A DNA stretch of 61,190 nucleotides, filler included. It is 8 parts of 8 records of this genome, joined end to end, with 100 filler letters (N's around TTAATTAATTAA, not from the genome) between each part and the next. Parts side by side here need not be neighbours in the genome. Positions count along the whole stretch, not along the records: positions 14,128 to 21,558 come from SRR31156797_64978; positions 21,659 to 26,988 come from SRR31156797_65047; positions 27,089 to 32,269 come from SRR31156797_65113; 5 more parts are not named here. One strand, written 5' to 3'. This document shows, in pieces, positions 19,751-29,986 of this stretch (position 1 is its first letter; every line of letters begins with the position of its first letter). Under the pieces are notes generated by a model, which ran no database searches, had not been told where the DNA came from, and worked only from the letters and a program-made list of their open reading frames with translations. Made by a program: the position numbers and the translations under genes.

Positions 19751-21484
19751 ATGGCTGAAAATCGCACCCGGAAAAATGACAGGTTGTTTCACGTCCAATA
19801 TCAGAATTTGCTGGATTCCCTGAACATAGGCTTTGCCTTGATGGATATGGACGACAATATCATGGAAGTAAACGAGACTTTGCTAAAGATGGCCGGGGTG
19901 TCCCGGCGTGAAATAGTTGGCAGGAAAGCCAGCGATTTCTACGGCCGGGAAGAATATAAAAAGATGCGCGAAATAGGCTTTTCCCGTAAGAAAGCGGAGT
20001 TTTACCAGTTCGAGTCGTTTTTGAGAAAGGGCGGCGGCGGGGCCATGCCGGTTCTATTCAATTCTTCCATCAACAAAAACGAGCAAGGTAAGCCTGTATC
20101 ATTCAGTATTCTGATTACCGATATCGGCAAACAAAAGGAAATTCAGGCGGAGTTGGAAGCGGCCAACCAGGCTTTGATTGAGGGAAGGGACGCCCTGATA
20201 ACGGAAAAGAAAATGCTGGAGGCGATTCTTTTCGGCATCGGCGACTGCGTAACAATATTCGATTTGGAAAGAAACATTATGTTGAGCAATCCCAAGGGAA
20301 TAGAGATAAGGGGCAGCCGCCGGACTCCCTTACTGCCATTGATACCGGGAATACAGCGCGAATTAACGATTGAGGCGGGAAACGAATCGCGGCAGTTTAT
20401 GGGGCGCGTTGAACCGGTCCGGGATCAAAACGGGGACGTGTATGCATTTGCCGAAATTCTCAAGGAAATAACCCACCAGGTGCAGCTTGAGGAAAAGGAA
20501 AAGGAGTTGTTCCAGATGCGGCGGGAGATGCGGCGGTCCAGGCTGGAAACGGAAATAATCGGGGTCAGCCGGCCAATGCAGCGTGTCTTCGACCTGATAG
20601 TACGATGTTCGGAAGTTGATTCAACCATTCTTGTGCTTGGGGAAACAGGAGTGGGCAAGGAACTTGCCGCCAGGGCCATTCACGCCCAGAGTCTCCGAAA
20701 GGACAAGCCGTTTGTGGCTGTGAATTGCGGCGCATTGCCGGAGACGCTTCTCGAATCCGAGTTGTTCGGTCACGTCAAGGGGGCGTTTACAGGCGCCATA
20801 TCCGATCGCCCCGGTTTGTTTCGGGAAGCGCAGGGGGGAGTTTTATTTCTTGATGAAGCGGGGGATTTGAGCCCGGTATTGCAGATAAAGCTTTTAAGAG
20901 CGCTGCAGGAAAAGGAGATTCGCCCTGTTGGAGGAGGAAAAAACCACAAGGTTGATGTCCGGGTTATTGCCGCTACCAACAGGGACCTGAAAGATCTTGT
21001 CTCCAAGGGACGATTCAGGGACGACCTTTATTACCGTATTGCGGTGATTCCGGTGGTGGTTCCGCCTTTAAGGGACAGGGCGGAAGACATACTGCTTTTG
21101 GCCGAATATTTTATTAAAAAGCACGGCCGCCTAAAGAGCCGGGCGCCCATGGGATTGGACCGGGGGGCTCGGCAAATGCTCATCAATTATGACTGGCCGG
21201 GCAATGTTCGTGAATTGGAAAATTGCATCGAACACGCCCTGGCCATGGCCAGGGGAGGTGAGATTTCGGTTGACGACCTGCCGTTGCATATCATGGAGCA
21301 GCACCAGGCCGGTATGAATCCGGCACGGCGCCCGAAAGCCCTTCAAACAGGAACTGACGGTGAAAAGGAAGTAATTATCGCGGCTCTTAAACGACATCAG
21401 GGCAACAGAACCAGGGCGGCCAGGGAACTGGGCATGGCCAGGTCGACTTTGTGGCGCAAAATGGGCTTTTACGGCCTCGAGTAG
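19751..21484 (+). CDS. PAS-domain sigma54-dependent transcriptional activator (bEBP, Fis HTH)
   Basis: PAS domains, Walker A 'GETGVGKE', 'ESELFGHVKGAFTGA', 'WPGNVREL', C-terminal HTH. ATG 19751 follows a GGAGG RBS. Confidence 0.95.
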   Translation: MAENRTRKNDRLFHVQYQNLLDSLNIGFALMDMDDNIMEVNETLLKMAGVSRREIVGRKASDFYGREEYKKMREIGFSRKKAEFYQFESFLRKGGGGAMPVLFNSSINKNEQGKPVSFSILITDIGKQKEIQAELEAANQALIEGRDALITEKKMLEAILFGIGDCVTIFDLERNIMLSNPKGIEIRGSRRTPLLPLIPGIQRELTIEAGNESRQFMGRVEPVRDQNGDVYAFAEILKEITHQVQLEEKEKELFQMRREMRRSRLETEIIGVSRPMQRVFDLIVRCSEVDSTILVLGETGVGKELAARAIHAQSLRKDKPFVAVNCGALPETLLESELFGHVKGAFTGAISDRPGLFREAQGGVLFLDEAGDLSPVLQIKLLRALQEKEIRPVGGGKNHKVDVRVIAATNRDLKDLVSKGRFRDDLYYRIAVIPVVVPPLRDRAEDILLLAEYFIKKHGRLKSRAPMGLDRGARQMLINYDWPGNVRELENCIEHALAMARGGEISVDDLPLHIMEQHQAGMNPARRPKALQTGTDGEKEVIIAALKRHQGNRTRAARELGMARSTLWRKMGFYGLE

Positions 21485-21537
21485 ATTTCTATTATGAGAT
21501 AGCTTGTAGTAAATTGTAAAATTGGACGAGCTATCCC

Positions 21538-21558
21538 GTAGGTTGGGTTAGCGTAGCG
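21538..21558 (+). repeat. Start of a GTAG-type REP-like element at contig end
   Basis: GTAGGTTGGGTTAGCGTAGCG begins with the GTAG tetranucleotide typical of REP elements, and the assembly breaks inside it. Only half the element is visible. Confidence 0.4.
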
Positions 21559-21797
21559 NNNNNNNNNNNNNNNNNNNNNNNNNNNNNNNNNNNNNNNNNN
21601 NNTTAATTAATTAANNNNNNNNNNNNNNNNNNNNNNNNNNNNNNNNNNNNNNNNNNNNTGATTCCATCTAACCGGAAAGTGCTCTAAGGCCGACCCGAAA
21701 CGGGCCGCGACAAAAAAAACGGGCCAAGCGGATCAATTTTGATGCGGATTGGGATTTCGATCGGTGCGAAGGCCGGGCCATTCCATGGGGGCGAACG

Positions 21798-23081
21798 TTA
21801 ATTCCCCACAGCGCCCGATTCGATTCCCGAAACCGTCTCCGGCACATTGAAATCCGTATCATCGGTCTCTTTTTCGCCCGACAACCAATCGGCGACTTTG
21901 CGTTGGAACTCGGCAACCCGGATTTTCGACTTGACCGTACAGGTTCGGCAGGTTTCAGAAAGGTCGCCGGTAAGCAGTTGTGTTCGCAGTTCCCGCAATG
22001 TCCCGCTGTTGCCGATATCGCCCAATGTGTGGGCCTCGGCGACGTCGGCGACCTGCAGGCCGCTGTTGCAGCAGGGATTGATCCGGCCATTGGCCCGGAA
22101 CAACAGCATCGACCAGGGATCGACGCAATCCCGGGTTTCACGTTCGGCTAGTGGGATGTAATGCCTGTCGACGGCCTCGCCGCCCTTGGAAGTGACGGGC
22201 TTGCTTTCCGTCACTTCCGATTGGAATCCCGAGTTCATTGCCGTAACGACGAATTCGAGCAGGTTGCCGGAAAGTCGGAATGGAACCTCTTGCTCCTTGG
22301 CCAGCGCCATCGCCTCGACGATATGGGTGCAGGCCTTTTCCAGATCGGGGCCCGATAGCGACATGATGCTTTTCGGCTGGATGTCGCTGTCTGCGCAGTA
22401 GAGTTCATCCATGGGCAGCACGTGGACACCGCAGCGTTCGGATACGGCCAGGGCGACCAGCTTGCCAAGAGTGCCGACCGTCAGGTCGTTGAGAACCGCG
22501 TTGAGCACCAGACGAGGCGGGGAAACCCTGTCATAGGCCGCGGTTGCGCGGACCAGAGCAATGTTGTGAATAACGGTCCGGATATCCATTTTACGCCGGA
22601 TTTGACGAAGCAGTTGCTGATCCGGGGTATCGACACTGAAAAAAATCTGAGTGAACCGGGACATGATTCTGGCCTGTTCCCATGAAAACGGATAGGCCGA
22701 GTTCGTGTGAACCCATAGATTGAAACCGTTTTCCAGAAGCTGGGTTGTGATTCGCTCCCATCCTTCGGCGTGGGTCAATTCGCCCAATACATTGAGAAAA
22801 ATGTTTCTGATTCCGAGACCTTTGATCGTGGCAACCGATTTGGACAGGATTTCCGGCGACATGTCTGCCCCGACATATTCCGGGTCTCCACAGAGGCAAT
22901 AGACACATCGAAGATTGCACTTTGACGTTATTTCCAGAAAAACCTGAGAGAAGCGGGGTTGGGACGCGAGGTTCTCAAGGTGGGGCAGGTCATTTTTCAA
23001 TGCTTCACCATGGAATCTGTTGTTGCAACTATTTGCAGGCGCCGGAACCAGTGTGGCGAGATGGTAACGGATCGGCCCCAT
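21798..23081 (-). CDS. Radical SAM protein with SPASM/twitch domain
   Basis: 'CNLRCVYC' (CxxxCxxC) and C-terminal 'CVDPW...GRINPCC...CRTC'. The true start may be about 25 codons downstream. Confidence 0.85.
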   Translation of the reverse strand: MGPIRYHLATLVPAPANSCNNRFHGEALKNDLPHLENLASQPRFSQVFLEITSKCNLRCVYCLCGDPEYVGADMSPEILSKSVATIKGLGIRNIFLNVLGELTHAEGWERITTQLLENGFNLWVHTNSAYPFSWEQARIMSRFTQIFFSVDTPDQQLLRQIRRKMDIRTVIHNIALVRATAAYDRVSPPRLVLNAVLNDLTVGTLGKLVALAVSERCGVHVLPMDELYCADSDIQPKSIMSLSGPDLEKACTHIVEAMALAKEQEVPFRLSGNLLEFVVTAMNSGFQSEVTESKPVTSKGGEAVDRHYIPLAERETRDCVDPWSMLLFRANGRINPCCNSGLQVADVAEAHTLGDIGNSGTLRELRTQLLTGDLSETCRTCTVKSKIRVAEFQRKVADWLSGEKETDDTDFNVPETVSGIESGAVGN

Positions 23082-23351
23082 TGATTAAACCGGCAACCGC
23101 TTTGCCCGGCGTCGCGGGCTTATCGATCCGGACGCCATCCATGATGGAGCCCGGTGGCGGCGCGAAGTGTGAATACCGTTCGTAACCGAGCGGGACATAG
23201 CTGATCTTCAACTGATATATCGCTAATGTGTCAATGATATTTTGGTCTTGAAATCGGTATATCCGGATGGCATGATTTCCCCGACGCCTGTTTTGTCGCG
23301 GGCGTCACAGGGAAGGATTCAGGTTTTTCACGAAACTCGAGGAGGAAGGCA

Positions 23352-24368
23352 ATGGCACTCTCCAAGTTCGGGCGACGCACTCTTATGGTCGCCGCAGCGG
23401 CGCTTCTGGTTGCGCCGCTGGCGATGACGGCCCAGCCGGCGTCCGCCGAAAAAACGAAGATTCGCATTTCGACACCGACGGTTCCCGGCGACTGGCATGC
23501 CGAACAACTGGTCATTTTCAAGGAATATGTCGAACGTTCCCTGCCGGATCAGTTCGATGTCCAGATTTTCCTGAACGCAACGCTGTTCAAGCAGGGCACC
23601 GAGCCGGCGCAGATGAAGCGCGGCAACCTCGATATGGCGATGATTTCGGCCCAGGATATCGCCAAGCAGATTCCCGAATATTCCATCTTCACGGCCGGTT
23701 ACCTGATTCGCGATCCGGCCCATCAGAAGGCGGTGTTCTACGGCGATGTCGGCAAGGAATATTTCAAGGCCGTTTCCGACAATATGGATGTCACCATCTT
23801 GGCCGTAGCCTATCTCGGCACCCGTCAGTTGAACCTGCGCGACGTCCGCGACGTCAAGACGCCGGCCGACCTGAAGGGCGTCAAGCTGCGCATGCCGGGA
23901 TCGAAAGCCTGGCAATTCCTCGGCACGGCGCTTGGCGCCAGCCCGACCCCGTTGGCTTTCAACGAGGTCTATCTGTCGCTGAAGACCGGCGCCATCGACG
24001 GCCAGGACAATCCGCTTCCGACCGATCAGAAGGCCAAATTCTACGAAGTCACCAAGCAGATCGTTCTGACCAGCCACCTTGTCGACGGCGTTTTCCTGGC
24101 CATTGCCAACAAGACCTGGAACAAGATGAACGACGAGCAGAAAGCGGTCTTCACCGAAGGCGCGCGCCTTGCGGCCGAGTTCAACAACAACAACCGCATC
24201 CGCGACGAAGCCAAGCTGGTCGAGTTCTTCAAATCGAAGGGCATGACCGTTTCGACGCCCGACCGCGATGCCTTCCGCACCCAGGTTCAGAAGATGTACC
24301 TGGAAAGCGAATTCTCGAAAAGCTGGCCTGCCGGACTTCTCGAACGCATCAACAAGTCGGGAATGTAA
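23352..24368 (+). CDS. dctP: TRAP transporter substrate-binding protein
   Basis: Signal peptide, 'DLKGVKLRMP', 'FNEVYLSLKTGAIDGQDNP'. RBS GGAGGA. Confidence 0.93.
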   Translation: MALSKFGRRTLMVAAAALLVAPLAMTAQPASAEKTKIRISTPTVPGDWHAEQLVIFKEYVERSLPDQFDVQIFLNATLFKQGTEPAQMKRGNLDMAMISAQDIAKQIPEYSIFTAGYLIRDPAHQKAVFYGDVGKEYFKAVSDNMDVTILAVAYLGTRQLNLRDVRDVKTPADLKGVKLRMPGSKAWQFLGTALGASPTPLAFNEVYLSLKTGAIDGQDNPLPTDQKAKFYEVTKQIVLTSHLVDGVFLAIANKTWNKMNDEQKAVFTEGARLAAEFNNNNRIRDEAKLVEFFKSKGMTVSTPDRDAFRTQVQKMYLESEFSKSWPAGLLERINKSGM

Positions 24369-24392
24369 GACCGGACGATATAAGGAGACGAA

Positions 24393-24872
24393 GTGCATAA
24401 ACTTCGTCAGAGCCTGAAATTGGGCGCCGAACTCATCGGAACCGCGTGGTTCATGGTGATGTTCGGCGCCTTCATTACCCAGGTTTTCACCCGCTACGTC
24501 CTGAACGATCCTTTGGGATGGACCACCGAAATGTGTCTGATCTCGTTCCTTTGGTTCGCCTTCTGGTCGGGCGGGTTGATTACGCGGGAATCCGATCAGG
24601 TGCGCTTCGATTTGCTCTACCAAAGCGTCAGCCCCAAGGTCCGCAGGATTTTCGCGATGATCACGACCGGCCTTATCGGGGGCCTGTTCATCGCCGCGCT
24701 TCCCGCCAATGTCGATTTCGTCACCTTCATGGCCCACGACGTTACCTGGGTCATGGAAATCCGCTTTGACTATGTATTCGCGGTCTTCATCGTATTCATG
24801 GTGGCGTTCGGCGTCCGGTCGGTCTACCGGCTGATCCGGTTGATGCGGCCCGGTTGGCGCGATGAACTATAA
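24393..24872 (+). CDS. dctQ: TRAP small permease
   Basis: 4 TM, 'QVFTRYVLNDPLGWTTE'. Lies between dctP and dctM. Confidence 0.9.
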   Translation: MHKLRQSLKLGAELIGTAWFMVMFGAFITQVFTRYVLNDPLGWTTEMCLISFLWFAFWSGGLITRESDQVRFDLLYQSVSPKVRRIFAMITTGLIGGLFIAALPANVDFVTFMAHDVTWVMEIRFDYVFAVFIVFMVAFGVRSVYRLIRLMRPGWRDEL

Positions 24873-24902
24873 GAACAATCCCGGCGCAAGCGACAATTCG
24901 AC

Positions 24903-26192
24903 ATGAGCCTCGCCCTTCTGATCATGCTGCTGTTCTTCCTGGCGATTTGCGCCCTGGGGGCGGCCATCGGTCCGGCCATGATCGCCAGCGGCATCCTCTA
25001 TCTGCTGATCTCGGGCCAGGATGTCGGGCTGACCGCCGAAATGATCATGAACGGCTTTTTTACCGCCTTCGTCATGCTGGCGGTGCCGTTGTTCATCTTC
25101 GCCGCCAACATCATGAACGCCGGCACCATCAGCGACCGGCTGCTCGATTTTTCGTTGGCCATGGTTGGGCGTTTCCGGGGTGGCCTGGCGCACGTCAATA
25201 TCTTCACCAGCCTGATCTTCTCGGGCATGAGCGGCAGCGCCATCGCCGATGCCGCCGGTGTCGGCAAGGTGCTGATCGACATGATGCGCCGGGAAAACCG
25301 GTATCCGCCCGGTTTCGCCGCCGCCATAACCGGCGCCTCGGCGACTATCGGGCCGATCATTCCGCCGTCGATTCCGATGGTGCTGTACGCCCTGGTCTCC
25401 GACCAGTCGGTCGGGGCGTTGTTCCTGGGCGGCGTCGGACCCGGCCTGCTGATGACCGTGGTGCTGATGGTAACGGTTTGGGTGATCGCCAAGAAACGCG
25501 GTTTTCCGACCGAGGCGGCAATACCGTGGCGCGACTATCCGCGGGTCATCGGACGCGGCATTCCGCCGCTGCTGATGCCGGGCATCCTGTTGGGCGGCAT
25601 CTATGGCGGCGCCTTTACGCCGACCGAGGCGGCCGCCGTCGCCGCCCTTTACGCGCTGATCCTGGCCGGCCTGGTCTATCGCGTTATGGGCCTGAAAAAG
25701 CTGTTCGACATCCTGGTCGATACGGTGCGGTCCAGCGCCGTCATCGCCATGATCATCGCCGGCGCCTTTTTGTTTAACTACATCGTCGCGACCGAACAGA
25801 TCCCCAATACCATTGCCGCGTGGCTGTCCGGGTTCGAACTGTCGCCGACCGTCTTCCTGTTGATGGTCAGCCTGCTGTTCCTGGCCTTCGGCTGTTTTCT
25901 CGACGCAACCACCATGATGCTGGTGCTGGTGCCGATCATCCTGCCGTCGATGAAGGCGCTGGGCATCGACCTGGTGCATTTCGGCGTCGTCGTCGTCGTC
26001 AACATGATGATCGGACTGATCACGCCGCCCTATGGGGTGCTGCTGTTCGTCATCAACAGCCTGACCGGCATCGAACTGGCCGCCATCATCCGCGAGATCT
26101 GGATCTTCATCGGCATTCTGTTGCTGGCGTTGCTGGCGATGATTTTGGTGCCGGATATCGTTTTGTGGCTGCCGCGGGCGTTGGGCTACTGA
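24903..26192 (+). CDS. dctM: TRAP large permease
   Basis: 'LAVPLFIFA', 'SGMSGSAIAD', 'IGPIIPPSI', 'FTPTEAA', 'GLITPPYG'. Confidence 0.95.
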   Translation: MSLALLIMLLFFLAICALGAAIGPAMIASGILYLLISGQDVGLTAEMIMNGFFTAFVMLAVPLFIFAANIMNAGTISDRLLDFSLAMVGRFRGGLAHVNIFTSLIFSGMSGSAIADAAGVGKVLIDMMRRENRYPPGFAAAITGASATIGPIIPPSIPMVLYALVSDQSVGALFLGGVGPGLLMTVVLMVTVWVIAKKRGFPTEAAIPWRDYPRVIGRGIPPLLMPGILLGGIYGGAFTPTEAAAVAALYALILAGLVYRVMGLKKLFDILVDTVRSSAVIAMIIAGAFLFNYIVATEQIPNTIAAWLSGFELSPTVFLLMVSLLFLAFGCFLDATTMMLVLVPIILPSMKALGIDLVHFGVVVVVNMMIGLITPPYGVLLFVINSLTGIELAAIIREIWIFIGILLLALLAMILVPDIVLWLPRALGY

Positions 26193-26205
26193 GGCATTCC
26201 AACTT

Positions 26206-26862
26206 CTAAAGACCGAGCGCCCGGTGCATGGCGGTCGCCAGATGCCGTTCCATGGCCTCGGCGGCGCCGGCCGCGTCGTGCTTCTTGCAGGCTTCGATGA
26301 CCGCCATGTGTTCGCCGAAGGCGATATTGAAGGTGGCCGGGGTGAGCAGCGTGAATTTTCCGTGGGCCTGACGGATCAGCCGAATGCGGTCGTTGTTGAT
26401 CTTGTGGAATTTGAGGACGATGGCGTTGCCCAGGGCCTCGACGATGGTGTTGTGCAGGCCCCAGTCGATGTCCTGGCCGTCATTCAGGATTTTCTCCGTG
26501 ATGCCTTCCTTGCCGGCCCGTTTCAATACCTCGCGATGGGCCGCTTCCAATTTGGCGATTTCGTCGTCGCTGGCGGCTTCGGCATAGCGGGCGGCGGCTT
26601 CCTTTTCGATGATCATGCGCACCTGATAGGTATCGCGGATCAGGCGCAGGCTGGCTTCGATGACCTGGATACCGCGCTGCGGCACGATCTGAACAAGGCC
26701 TTCGACTTCGAGGCGTTGCAAGGCCTCGCGGACCGGCCCCAACGGCACGTCGATCAGCTTTACCAACTCGCGCTGCGAGACGAACTGCCCCGGCATGATA
26801 TCCCCGGCGAAGAGGTGCTGTTTGAACTTCAAATAAGCGCTTTCGCTGAGCTTCATTCCCAT
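26206..26862 (-). CDS. GntR (FCD) family transcriptional regulator
   Basis: wHTH 'PVREALQRLEVEGLV...PQRG' and FCD domain 'EHMAVIEA'. Confidence 0.9.
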   Translation of the reverse strand: MGMKLSESAYLKFKQHLFAGDIMPGQFVSQRELVKLIDVPLGPVREALQRLEVEGLVQIVPQRGIQVIEASLRLIRDTYQVRMIIEKEAAARYAEAASDDEIAKLEAAHREVLKRAGKEGITEKILNDGQDIDWGLHNTIVEALGNAIVLKFHKINNDRIRLIRQAHGKFTLLTPATFNIAFGEHMAVIEACKKHDAAGAAEAMERHLATAMHRALGL

Positions 26863-26877
26863 CCTACCCCGTTGGCC

Positions 26878-26988
26878 TTACCCGTCGGATTGCTTGGCTA
26901 GCGGCGCATTTCCCAGACGCTGGTCGATTTCGGCGGCCGTTGCCATGCCGGTCTGGGCGCCGGCCTTTGTGCAGGCGAGGGAGGCGCC
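26878..26988 (-). CDS. C-terminal fragment of a ribokinase/PfkB kinase (5'-truncated)
   Basis: Manual translation 'GASLACTKAGAQTGMATAAEIDQRL...*' resembles the ribokinase C-terminal A-C-T-x-x-G-A-Q motif. Confidence 0.6.
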   Translation of the reverse strand, partial: GASLACTKAGAQTGMATAAEIDQRLGNAPLAKQSDG

Positions 26989-27088
26989 NNNNNNNNNNNN
27001 NNNNNNNNNNNNNNNNNNNNNNNNNNNNNNNNTTAATTAATTAANNNNNNNNNNNNNNNNNNNNNNNNNNNNNNNNNNNNNNNNNNNN

Positions 27089-27362
27089 TACAATTGAAAT
27101 AATCTGTGCTGTTTTATATTTGGGATTAATCTTGCTGTCCGTAATATGTTTAAATTTCTTATCAATATGGTAGACATTCTTAATATATTTTATCAGCTTT
27201 ACGAAGTAATTCTCTCTCAAACTCATATGCCTTTTTAACCAATTATATCAAATACGTTTCTTTGCTGCAAAAGTACGAAAAAGTTGCGAATTTGGTACAC
27301 AAAAAAAGGCACAATAATGTACCTTGTAATGCTGATTTTGATGTTTTGAACCGAAATCGCTC
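27089..27362 (-). mobile_element. Left end of an IS element with 5' part of a putative transposase (27089-27226)
   Basis: ORF start 'MSLRENYFVKLIKYIKNVYHIDKKFKHITDSKINPKY' resembles transposase N-termini (D-x-R/K...Y). Promoter TTGCAG-N17-TATAAT. End sequence GAGCGATTTCGG. A homologous end sits at the other contig terminus. Confidence 0.6.
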
Positions 27363-27464
27363 AGCCTTACCTATATATGTCCCTGCTGAGTATTTACCTC
27401 TTTAATGAATTAAAATATGTTTATTTTTGTATTATTTTTTGGTATAATGCTCTATAAATCATAA

Positions 27465-28148
27465 ATGCACTATACGGAGGTAGTTATGGAACTGATTAGT
27501 AGATTTTTTGTGGATACTCCTAGTTTGGGAATTCTCGATACTTTGATAAATGTAGTTTTAGCTGGAATAATGGCATATGTGGTACGAGTAATATATATAA
27601 AATATGGTACATCATTATCTAACAGAAAGCAGTTTTCCAACTCGTTTTACCTGATAACCATGTGTACAACACTTATAATTGCTTTAATTCAATCATCCAT
27701 TACATTGTCTCTGGGACTTGTAGGTGCTCTTTCAATTATTCGTTTCAGAACAGCTATCAAGGAACCTCAAGAACTAACCTATGTATTTTTGTGTGTTACT
27801 ATTGGATTGGGCTTCGGAGCAAACGAGAGATTATTAACACTGAGCGTTGGTATCCTTATTCTTATTGTAATTATAATTGTGAATTTCTTAAGAGATAAGA
27901 AAGAAGAAGAATACTATAATTTTCTTATAAAGACAAGTAAAATACCTTTGGATGAAATTGTAGATCTTATGAAGGACACTTGTAAGCATGCTGAACTGAA
28001 AAGATTTGATGAAACACCAGAGAGCCTGAATGTTGTGTTTTTTACCGAGTTTAAGACATACAATAATCTTAGTATGTTAACAAAGAAAATGAAAGAAATG
28101 GATGAAGATATTATTATTAATTTTGTTTCTACTAATACTTTAGGATAA
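27465..28148 (+). CDS. DUF4956-family membrane protein (MgtC-like TM + ACT-like C-terminal domain)
   Basis: 'LSLGLVGALSIIRFRTAIKEPQEL' is the DUF4956 signature. Start may be ATG 27486 after GGAGG. Confidence 0.88.
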   Translation: MHYTEVVMELISRFFVDTPSLGILDTLINVVLAGIMAYVVRVIYIKYGTSLSNRKQFSNSFYLITMCTTLIIALIQSSITLSLGLVGALSIIRFRTAIKEPQELTYVFLCVTIGLGFGANERLLTLSVGILILIVIIIVNFLRDKKEEEYYNFLIKTSKIPLDEIVDLMKDTCKHAELKRFDETPESLNVVFFTEFKTYNNLSMLTKKMKEMDEDIIINFVSTNTLG

Positions 28149-28150
28149 AA

Positions 28151-29986
28151 ATGAAGATCATTCACCTAAATGAAGAGAAGTCCATCCTGAAGTTGTTAAG
28201 AAATACAGTGTTTGCTATAGCAATCATTATAGTGTTTGTATTTGCCATATATCAGGCATCAATGTATGCAATTGAATATGTAAAAGAGAATATATATTCT
28301 ACAAGAGGCAGTATAGACACAGCACAGGAAAAACACGTTCTAAATGGACTATATGTATATAATGCCATATTTGATTTGAATGAAACAAGTCATCAAAAAT
28401 ACATAGAAATGACTTTATCAAATGAAGATGATTATAAGGTAGAGTTTGTTAACTCTGAAAACTCATATTATATAATAATCGGCACACAAAATACATCTAA
28501 TACAAAGTTCCTATACCTAATACCCGAATATATCAGAGAAGAAGGATTTGACCAAATTGTCATATCAGCACTCAGAGGTGATGATGAGCTATATGTCAGC
28601 GATGTAAAACTGCATGATGATGTGGATACATCTGAATTTACTGATTATGATATCGTAGATTTTGAAATCAAAATAATTGATATTGAGATTGAAGATACCT
28701 ATCTTAAGGAAATAGCTCAGCATAGAGCCGATGCATATAAAAGGCGTAGAATATTAGCTGAAGATACTGAATACTATACTGCTGTATTTTCATCAGGTGG
28801 AGAAACAGCAGAGGTTGAGATGCGCTTGAAAGGTGGATATACCGACCACGTAAGCGGATATAAATGGTCGTTCAAATTTAGTTTTGATGATGACTACTTT
28901 TTTGGTATGAAGAAATTTGCTATTCACAAACCTATATCAAGAAACGGTGTTTATGAATATATAATGCATACTATGTACAAAGAACAAGGCGGTGTAGGGT
29001 TGACTTACGACTTTGTTCAGGTAGTAATTAATGGTGAATACTGGGGAGTGTATGCATTGGAGCAAAGCGGTGATAGGCTTGTTACAGAGAATTCTGACCA
29101 TGTAGAAGGCGCAATACTAACCTACGAAAGACTATACAAGAATCTTCGTTCCGTATATTATACAGATACAATGTTTTCAAATGAGTATATAACCTACATT
29201 AAAGCATATTCTGCACAAAGAACAGTGAGTGATGAAAACCTATATCAATATGCCCAGTATGCCGCAGATGCATTTGATCTGGCATTAGAGGGGGATATAG
29301 ATTTGGAAGAGATAATTGATTATGAAATGTTTGCTAAATATTTGGCTATGTGTGAACTTTTCCAAGGTAACCATGGCTTGAATTTATCGAATTTGTGGAT
29401 ATATATCAATCCTATTACGATGAAAATAGAACCTGTTTCCCATGATATGCTGGCACAATATGTATCATATATTCCGACTACTGCATACAGGAGCAATTCG
29501 TTGATACGAAATCTTTTTGATGACACGGAATTTATGAATATGTATATAGAGTATTTAGAGGAGTATTTGTATAGTTATGAAAGCTTTCTTGATGAACATT
29601 CTGAAGAAATAGATAATTATACATATTTACTCCAATTGGATTATTGCAAAGAATTTGATTATTATAATGGACTGACTGAGCACCATCAGTTTATAGCAGA
29701 AACTCTGTATACAGAGGATGCAGTATTTACTCTTGAAAATAGCAGTAACGGCGGGTACATTTTGCATGTAGACAGCAATAGCGTAATAAGCGTTAATGTC
29801 AAGGAAATACTGATTGATGGTGAGCCTATTGATATTGAATTTAACAGTAGACAAATAAATATAAGCATCGACGAAGAATATATTGATATAACTAAAGATA
29901 TACAAGTGGTGTTTGTGCCAATGAATACAGAAAATGCCGAAGAAATAACTAAGGATATTGATATTACGGAGGCATTACAGCAGTGA
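28151..29986 (+). CDS. Membrane-anchored CotH-like kinase family protein
   Basis: N-terminal TM, 'MRLKG...KWSFKF...FFGMKKF', 'VINGEYWGVYALEQ', 'H...N.WIY.NP...EPVSHD'. Very acidic. Confidence 0.75.
   Translation: MKIIHLNEEKSILKLLRNTVFAIAIIIVFVFAIYQASMYAIEYVKENIYSTRGSIDTAQEKHVLNGLYVYNAIFDLNETSHQKYIEMTLSNEDDYKVEFVNSENSYYIIIGTQNTSNTKFLYLIPEYIREEGFDQIVISALRGDDELYVSDVKLHDDVDTSEFTDYDIVDFEIKIIDIEIEDTYLKEIAQHRADAYKRRRILAEDTEYYTAVFSSGGETAEVEMRLKGGYTDHVSGYKWSFKFSFDDDYFFGMKKFAIHKPISRNGVYEYIMHTMYKEQGGVGLTYDFVQVVINGEYWGVYALEQSGDRLVTENSDHVEGAILTYERLYKNLRSVYYTDTMFSNEYITYIKAYSAQRTVSDENLYQYAQYAADAFDLALEGDIDLEEIIDYEMFAKYLAMCELFQGNHGLNLSNLWIYINPITMKIEPVSHDMLAQYVSYIPTTAYRSNSLIRNLFDDTEFMNMYIEYLEEYLYSYESFLDEHSEEIDNYTYLLQLDYCKEFDYYNGLTEHHQFIAETLYTEDAVFTLENSSNGGYILHVDSNSVISVNVKEILIDGEPIDIEFNSRQINISIDEEYIDITKDIQVVFVPMNTENAEEITKDIDITEALQQ

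Noticed and set aside
23029-23211. 60-aa ORF upstream of the radical SAM gene as a RiPP precursor
   Set aside because: TTG start without a clear RBS, overlap with the radical SAM 5' region, no recognisable leader/core pattern, and no transporter or protease nearby.
28151-29986. Sporulation locus based on the CotH name
   Set aside because: The protein is membrane-anchored and sits with DUF4956 and VTC. No other spore-coat genes are present, and CotH-like domains occur widely in non-sporulators.
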